Source: Eledone cirrhosa
Lineage: Eukaryota
Length of the DNA: 64,000 bases
NCBI GenBank assembly: GCA_964016885.1
Contig: OZ024751.1
Span: 24,490,001-24,554,000 of the forward strand
Reading direction: 5' to 3'
Shown: positions 55,800-64,000 of the stretch, piece by piece
How the letters are laid out: every line of letters starts with the position of its first letter
Numbering within the stretch: the stretch's first letter is position 1
Notes under the pieces: model-generated
Database searches by the model: none
What the model was told of the DNA's origin: nothing
What the model saw: the letters and a program-made list of their open reading frames with translations, nothing else
Program-made: the position numbers and the translations under genes

Positions 55800-56015
55800 T
55801 ATTAGTGTAATCATAAACGAGCCAATAGCATATTTAAAGATAAATCTGTAGTAGCTGTATAGAATTAGAAATGGCGCCTATTTAAAAAGAATTTCGTTTT
55901 TAGTCTCCGTAAATGCGATATCTATAATTTCGAGATTTTGTAATACTATTAGAAATCATTCATATCCTTAATCATATACTTGTTCTTATTATTAACACTA
56001 TCCTTGTTATTATTA

Positions 56016-56385
56016 TTTGTTGAAAGAGGGATGAGAGAAGCAAGCATGGCCCAAGTGAATGGGGCTGCTCTGAGTATGCGCCTGTAAATGGAAGGTGGAA
56101 AACTGGCAGAGGGCATTTGCCCTGGTGGTCAGGGTCACCGTGGCTTTTTAATGGGCTTTCTCCACGAGTGTCCTTCGGAAGTCTCCCCCCACCCCACCCC
56201 ACCCCATTGGGGAATTTTCCTTTGTTTCTTTTTTTTTGTCGTTTCCTTTGTTTGTTTCTTTTTGTTTTCTTTAAGGGCAGAAATGCCCATTTGTATCGTC
56301 CTGTACCGTCCTACACCGCCCTGTGCTGTCCTGTACTGTCCTTAATGTTATACTTTATGTCAACCCTCGTGGTTAATAAAGAAAA

Positions 56386-56386
<1 letters not shown>
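56016..56386 (+). mobile_element. 5'-truncated relative of the Tx1-like LINE
   Basis: Homologous to the ORF2 end and 3'UTR of the 33058-39087 element. Preceded by TTATTATTATT and followed by (ATT)10. Confidence 0.85.
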
Positions 56387-56416
<30 letters not shown>

Positions 56417-57448
56417 GCGCAACTACTGCCAGCATTCATCTGATTCAACTTCACCATCGATACAGTATTTCATCCCATCTCTCATCATCATCATCATCAG
56501 CAGCAGCAGCATTAACATTATCATAAGACAAACACCACCACCACCACCACCACCCCATCACAACCACCACCCACACCACAGCCACCAACACGACCGCCAC
56601 CAACAACACCACCATCACCACAAACACCATCACTAACCAGAAATACCACCATGACGACCAACACCACCCACCCAAGCACAACCACAAGCACATCCACCAT
56701 CACCACCCTTACAACCTCACCCACCACCAACACCAACACAGCCACAAGCAACACTATCATCATCATCATCACCACCACCACAAACACCACCAACACCACC
56801 AACACCACCACACAACCACTAATACCATCCACACAACCACCACCACAAACAAGATAGTGTTTATATCGAAATTTTCAAGAAATGAATTCATATCCGATAA
56901 AAATTTGATTATATTATTTCAATTATATATAATTAAGGAACATTAAAGTTTTCAGCCTCTCTTTCATGTATTCCAACAAGAAAATACTAAACGGAAGTGA
57001 CGTCAACAATATGGTAGCTATTTATCTGATGGCAAATATTTTTCTATACATTTCTTAATTTTAATGTTATAATAGAGTTAATCTTTCGCAGGAGTATATG
57101 GACGAAATTACTACAAACTACAACAGCAATAACAACAACAATAACAACAATAACAGCAACAATAACGAACAGATTTCTATAACATGTTTATTTGTTTATA
57201 TTGTTCTTGGTTTTATTATATTTGTTTGTTTGTTTGTTTGCTTGTTGTTGTTGTCTTGGTTTATTTGTGTTTTTTTTTTTTTTTGTCGTAATGAAAATTT
57301 AATTAAGATTTAATTTAAAATCATTCATAAAAGATTTCATTATGAATTATATGTTTGTATATATATATATATATATATATATATTCATATGTGTGTGTGC
57401 CACTGTGTGTGTGTATATGTATGTATATATGTACATATATATATATCC

Positions 57449-57492
<44 letters not shown>

Positions 57493-57575
57493 ATATGTGT
57501 ATGTATATATGTACATACACATAGATATTTATATGTATTCATATGTGCATATATAGACACATACATATGTATATG

Positions 57576-57682
<107 letters not shown>

Positions 57683-57684
57683 AC

Positions 57685-57716
<32 letters not shown>

Positions 57717-57750
57717 CTATATGTATACATATATATATATATATATATGT

Positions 57751-57822
<72 letters not shown>

Positions 57823-57826
57823 GTAT

Positions 57827-57872
<46 letters not shown>

Positions 57873-57992
57873 ACACACATATATATATATATATGTATAC
57901 ACACACACATATATATATATATATATATGTGTGTATACATATATATATATATGTGTGTGTGTGTATACATATATATATATATATGTGTGTGT

Positions 57993-58072
<80 letters not shown>

Positions 58073-58241
58073 AGCCCACCTACACATGTTTACATAACAT
58101 CACACCAAATATATGACCTTTGTGCAAATATGATTATAATTCGTTTACCTGATAATGATAAACTACAGTCTATATACGTATATATATATATATATATATA
58201 CATATATATATAGATATGCCTATTAATATATGTGTGTATGC

Positions 58242-58272
<31 letters not shown>

Positions 58273-58649
58273 TATATATATATATGTATACACACACATA
58301 TATATTTATATGTGTGTATGTATATATATGTGTGTGTGTATACACATTACTATGTACATGATCATGTGTATATATATGTGTATATATGTGTGTATATATG
58401 TGTGTATATATGTGTGTGAGTGTGTGTGAGCTAATACGTCTATGAGTTTATAGTCGGTACACAGTATGCGGGAGGGGGTTCATTGACAGAGGGTGATCAA
58501 CTTTGAGAGAATGGATTAGTGGAGATAGTGGTGGTGGTGGTGGGGGGGGGGGGGGTCGTAGTGATAGGTCAGCTGACGAAGTGCGCGAAATATCACATGA
58601 CCACCAAATTTGTGTAGTGTTCTGAAGTAGTAGGCGGATATGTATATAC

Positions 58650-58726
<77 letters not shown>

Positions 58727-58836
58727 ATATATATATATAAATGTGCTTCTGCCGAGGTCCCACAACATATTCCTGCACTCACACACTCATATTCTAATAC
58801 AACCACATCTCTCTATATATATAGATATATATACAT

Positions 58837-58893
<57 letters not shown>

Positions 58894-58920
58894 TATATAT
58901 AAATATTTAATATAGAAAAT

Positions 58921-58970
58921 GCTTCTACAGAACTTAGAACTGTTTCATTCGGGAGAAGTCATCAGGAAAC
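58921..58970 (-). ncRNA. Family B hammerhead motif (intact core, GUA site)
   Basis: GTTTC-CTGATGA-cttctcccgaat-GAAA-CAGttctaagttCTG-TA-GAAGC. Confidence 0.7.
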
Positions 58971-59058
58971 CCATATATATATACATACATATATGTATAT
59001 ACAGGGAGAGAGAGAGAGAGATTGGTAGATAGATAGATAGATATACATATACGTATAA

Positions 59059-59103
<45 letters not shown>

Positions 59104-59116
59104 CGTGTGTGTGACA

Positions 59117-59148
<32 letters not shown>

Positions 59149-59231
59149 AGCGGACAGACAGAAAAGGGGGTGTCAAACAAGAGAAATAAAGGTATATTTG
59201 ATACATTTTTTACAAATACTATATATATGTC

Positions 59232-59263
<32 letters not shown>

Positions 59264-59270
59264 CATACAC

Positions 59271-59336
<66 letters not shown>

Positions 59337-59422
59337 ATGTCAGGTAGCAACAGCAATCTATGTAAATATATATAATTATATATTTACATATATATATATA
59401 TATTTATATATAAATATATATA

Positions 59423-59496
<74 letters not shown>

Positions 59497-59504
59497 TATA
59501 TATA

Positions 59505-59574
<70 letters not shown>

Positions 59575-60057
59575 CATCAGGCATTTCTCTATCCTCTTTA
59601 GCAGCAAAGGGGGTCAAAGTATTGTCCATACATTCCATTTAACCTTATGGTATTGTTACATAACCTAATATTTCACACACACACAAATCTTTTTGTATAG
59701 GTTTTAATATATAAGTCTATACAAGTAAACAACATTTAAAAGAATAAGTGTATATAAGTGTATACCTCATGCAGTTTAAAGTTTTGTAGTTTACATCCTA
59801 GTTTATGAAATTTTACTGAAAATAAAAGGATATTTGTTCCTTTTGATACTTTCAAATGTCACATGTAATATTTGGATATTATATATATATATGTATGTAG
59901 GTATATATGTGTGCATGCATGATAATATATACAAATATATATATACATGTATATACATGTATATACATATATATACATATATATATATATATATATGCAA
60001 ATGTGTGTGTGCGTCTATAAATGTGTATGTATAAGCTTATATATATATATATATATA

Positions 60058-60120
<63 letters not shown>

Positions 60121-60183
60121 TTATGTGTATATATATATATATATATTTATGTGTATATATATATATATATATATATACATATA

Positions 60184-60216
<33 letters not shown>

Positions 60217-60243
60217 GTGTATATATATATACATATATATATA

Positions 60244-60284
<41 letters not shown>

Positions 60285-60349
60285 ATATATATATACATAT
60301 ATATATATACATATATATATATACATATATATATATACATATATATATG

Positions 60350-60440
<91 letters not shown>

Positions 60441-60466
60441 GAAATATATATATATATATAGAGAGA

Positions 60467-60518
<52 letters not shown>

Positions 60519-60586
60519 TAAATAGATGTGTGACTATACATATATACATATATATTTCAAAGATTCTGTTCAGTAACACCTGTATA

Positions 60587-60635
<49 letters not shown>

Positions 60636-60682
60636 CATGCTTACATTTTCAAGAACACACACATACACATACACGCATACAA

Positions 60683-60859
<177 letters not shown>

Positions 60860-61336
60860 TATATATATATGTATATACACTCACAACCCATTCCTCATGG
60901 TATTTTTGTTTCCAGTTATTTATTTTTATTTCCTATATATATTTATTATTTATAGATAAAGTACCGTTAGATATGATTGTGTGTGGGAGGTATTGGAAGT
61001 AGCTTGTGTGATGGTGGCGTGGGTGGTGTATCGTAGTCTGTCTTGGGTTGCTTAGTGGTGAAGTGTCAAGACACCAGAGTCTTGGTGTGAGGGAGTGTGA
61101 GGGAGTGTGAGGGAGTGTGTCGAAGAACTTGAGGTGGTGGTTCATTTTTTTTTTCTTTAATAAGTTTAGAAATTGACTGTTGCATATGATTTCTATATAA
61201 CACTGGCTCTTCCTCCCCTTCCTCCTCTCCTCCCTCCCTCTCTCTCTCTCTCTCTCTCTTCTCTCCTCTTCTCTTTGCTTCTCTCTCTCTCTTTCTCTCC
61301 TCTTCTCTTTGCTTCTCTCTCTCTCTATTGTTCGGA

Positions 61337-61418
<82 letters not shown>

Positions 61419-61596
61419 CCTCTCCGTTCCTTCCCCTCTCTCTCTTTCCCTCCCTTCCTCCTTCTGTCTGTCTGTCAGTTTCTCTCTCTCTCTCTCTCTC
61501 TCTCGCTCTCTCTCTCTCTCTCCTTCTCTCCTCTTTGCTTCTCTCTCTCTCTTTCTCTCCTCTTCTCTTTGCTTCTCTCTCTCTCTATTGTTCGGA

Positions 61597-61636
<40 letters not shown>

Positions 61637-61702
61637 CCTCTCCGTTCCTTCCCCTCTCTCTCTTTCCCTCCCTTCCTCCTTCTGTCTGTCTGTCTGTCAG
61701 TT

Positions 61703-61754
<52 letters not shown>

Positions 61755-62334
61755 GTTTCTTTTTCCCATTTGCCGCCGTCATAGTCATATTTTATCACTA
61801 TCCCAAGGTCGTCTCAAGGTAACAACCATTTAATTTATTCACTTGGACTGAAGTATAGTGCTTGGAATTTTCCCATTCAACACTTCTCCTCCCGTTACTA
61901 TCACCACCCAACCAACTCTTGCGCCAACGTCACCAACAAACGCCTGTCCACCTCCAACACCACCGTCACACACCAATGGTGCTACCGTCAACACTTCACT
62001 CCTATAGAACCATCACACCAGCAAATACCGGCACCACCACCATCTCAACCCTCGTACAAACAAATGCCTACACCAACACCAGTAAAACTATCACCTAAAA
62101 ATGCCTGCATCTCCACCAACACCAACACCAACACCAACACCAACACAGTCATCACTAACTCACTCTTCCCACATACCAACACAACCATCACCTAACCAAT
62201 ACTTTCCAGCTACATTCCATCAACACCACTATCATTACCAAAACGCCTGTAATATCACCAGCCACCAGCAAAACCTTCACCAAATCAACACTGGCACAAC
62301 TAACACGACCTTCACCAACCAAAACTAAACTCCT

Positions 62335-63460
62335 ACCAATACAACGACCACCAACACTACCACCAACATAACCACCAATACAACTACCACCAACACAACT
62401 ACCACCAACATAACCACCACCAATACAACCACCACCAACACACACTACCACCAACATAACCACCAATACAACTACCACCAACACAACTACCACCAACATA
62501 ACCACCACCAATACAACCACCACCAATACAACCACCACCAACACAACCACCACCAACACAACCACCACCAACACAACTACCACCAACACAACTACCACCA
62601 ACATAACCACCAATACAACTACCACCAACACAACCACCACCAACACAACCACCACCAACACAACTACCACCAACACAACCACCACCAACACAACCACCAC
62701 CAACACAACTACCACCAACACAACCACCACCAACACAACCACCACCAACACAACTACCACCAACACAACTACCACCAATACAACCACCACCAATACAACC
62801 ACCACCAACACTACCAACCACAACTACCACCAACACAACTACCACCAATACAACCACCACCAATACAACTGCCACCAACACAACCACCACCAATACAACC
62901 ACCACCTATACAACCACCACCAACACAACTACCACCAACACAACCACCACCAACACAACCACCACCAACACAACTACCACCAACACAACGACCACCAACA
63001 CAACTACCACCAACACAACCACCACCAATGCAACCACCACCAATACAACCACCACCAACACAACCACCACCAACACCACCACTACTACAACCAACAATAT
63101 ACACCTCCCACCACCAACACCACCACTACTACAACAAACACTATACACCTACCACCACCAACACCACCACTACTATAACCAACACTATACACCTACCACC
63201 AACACCACCACTACTACAACCAACACTATACACCTCCCACCACCAACACCACCACCACTACAACAAACACTATACACCTACCACCACCAACACCACCACT
63301 ACTACAACCAACACTATACACCTACCACCAACACCACCACTACTACAACCAACACTATACACCTACCACCAACACCACCACTACTACAACAAACACTATA
63401 CACCTACCACCACCAACACCACCACTACTACAACCAACACTATACACCTCCCACCACTTC
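62335..63460. repeat. 15-bp CACAACCACCACCAA minisatellite followed by a longer higher-order ACC repeat
   Basis: Direct tandem units visible throughout. Confidence 0.85.
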
Positions 63461-64000
63461 CACCATCTACCATACTCCCCGCCACCACCCTCACAAACAA
63501 ACACTGATACATAACAATCCCAAACTATGTTTGACCACCATTCTTTCATATTTGTTAATAAAGCTCTGGTGTTAATTTTGTCCCATTTCTTTCTCTCTAT
63601 ATGTCTATATTTCTCTCTCTCCCTCTCTCTCTATCTATCTATCTCACTGTCTTTCTGTCTCAGCTTTTCTCTCTCCTTTCTTTATCTTTCTCTTTCTGCC
63701 TCTTTCCCTCTCTCTCTTTCTCCCTTTGTATGGGTCTTTCTTTTTTCTTTGACTCCGTTTTCTATTTTTTCGTTGCCCTGTTTCATTCTTATGTGTGTGT
63801 GTGTGTCTAAGTGTTTATCTATATGTGTCTATGCGTGTATGTGTGTGCATATAAATATGTGTGTGCGTGTGTATGTGTGTGTGTGTGTTCATTTACAGTA
63901 TTCCCAGTATATCCTAACTTAGTTGTTTGATATTTAGGGGCCTCTCTTTAACCCCCTCATTTTTCTTTGTCTGTTTAAATATCTCTTTCTCTTTCTCACC

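Noticed and set aside
62188-63507. GGGCV/GGSCV or QPPPT repeat protein
   Set aside because: A 15-bp minisatellite whose reading frame shifts between blocks, with no signal peptide or splice support.

Overview
AT-rich, microsatellite-saturated eukaryotic DNA. It is probably an octopod cephalopod intron or intergenic region, inferred from the abundant tRNA-derived SINE and the (TA)n/(TG)n load. No host protein-coding exon is convincingly present, and almost every ORF in the supplied track is a translated simple repeat. The one intact coding unit is a full-length ~6.0 kb Tx1/L1-group LINE (33058-39087, minus) with ORF1 (CCHC knuckle) and ORF2 (APE-RT-zinc), inserted in an (AAT)n array. Fragments of R4/Dong, CRE, RTE and Penelope-like (PLE) elements and many SINEs also occur. 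The main hidden pattern is at least eight unrelated families of short non-coding inserts in (TA)n tracts that carry type I hammerhead ribozyme (HHR) motifs. About a dozen inserts have a fold-back (inverted duplication) end. One is a retrozyme-like 591-nt-period tandem unit (27095-28109) whose HHR has the covariant U3-A8 core, which a second family shares. A PLE ORF fragment with the same fold-back architecture suggests the mobilising enzyme. Also seen are a candidate recursive splice site (AG|GTAAGT plus a poison exon, minus strand) and minisatellites built from CLEAR/E-box and YY1 motifs. All folds and alignments were done by eye, and coordinates may be off by a few bases.
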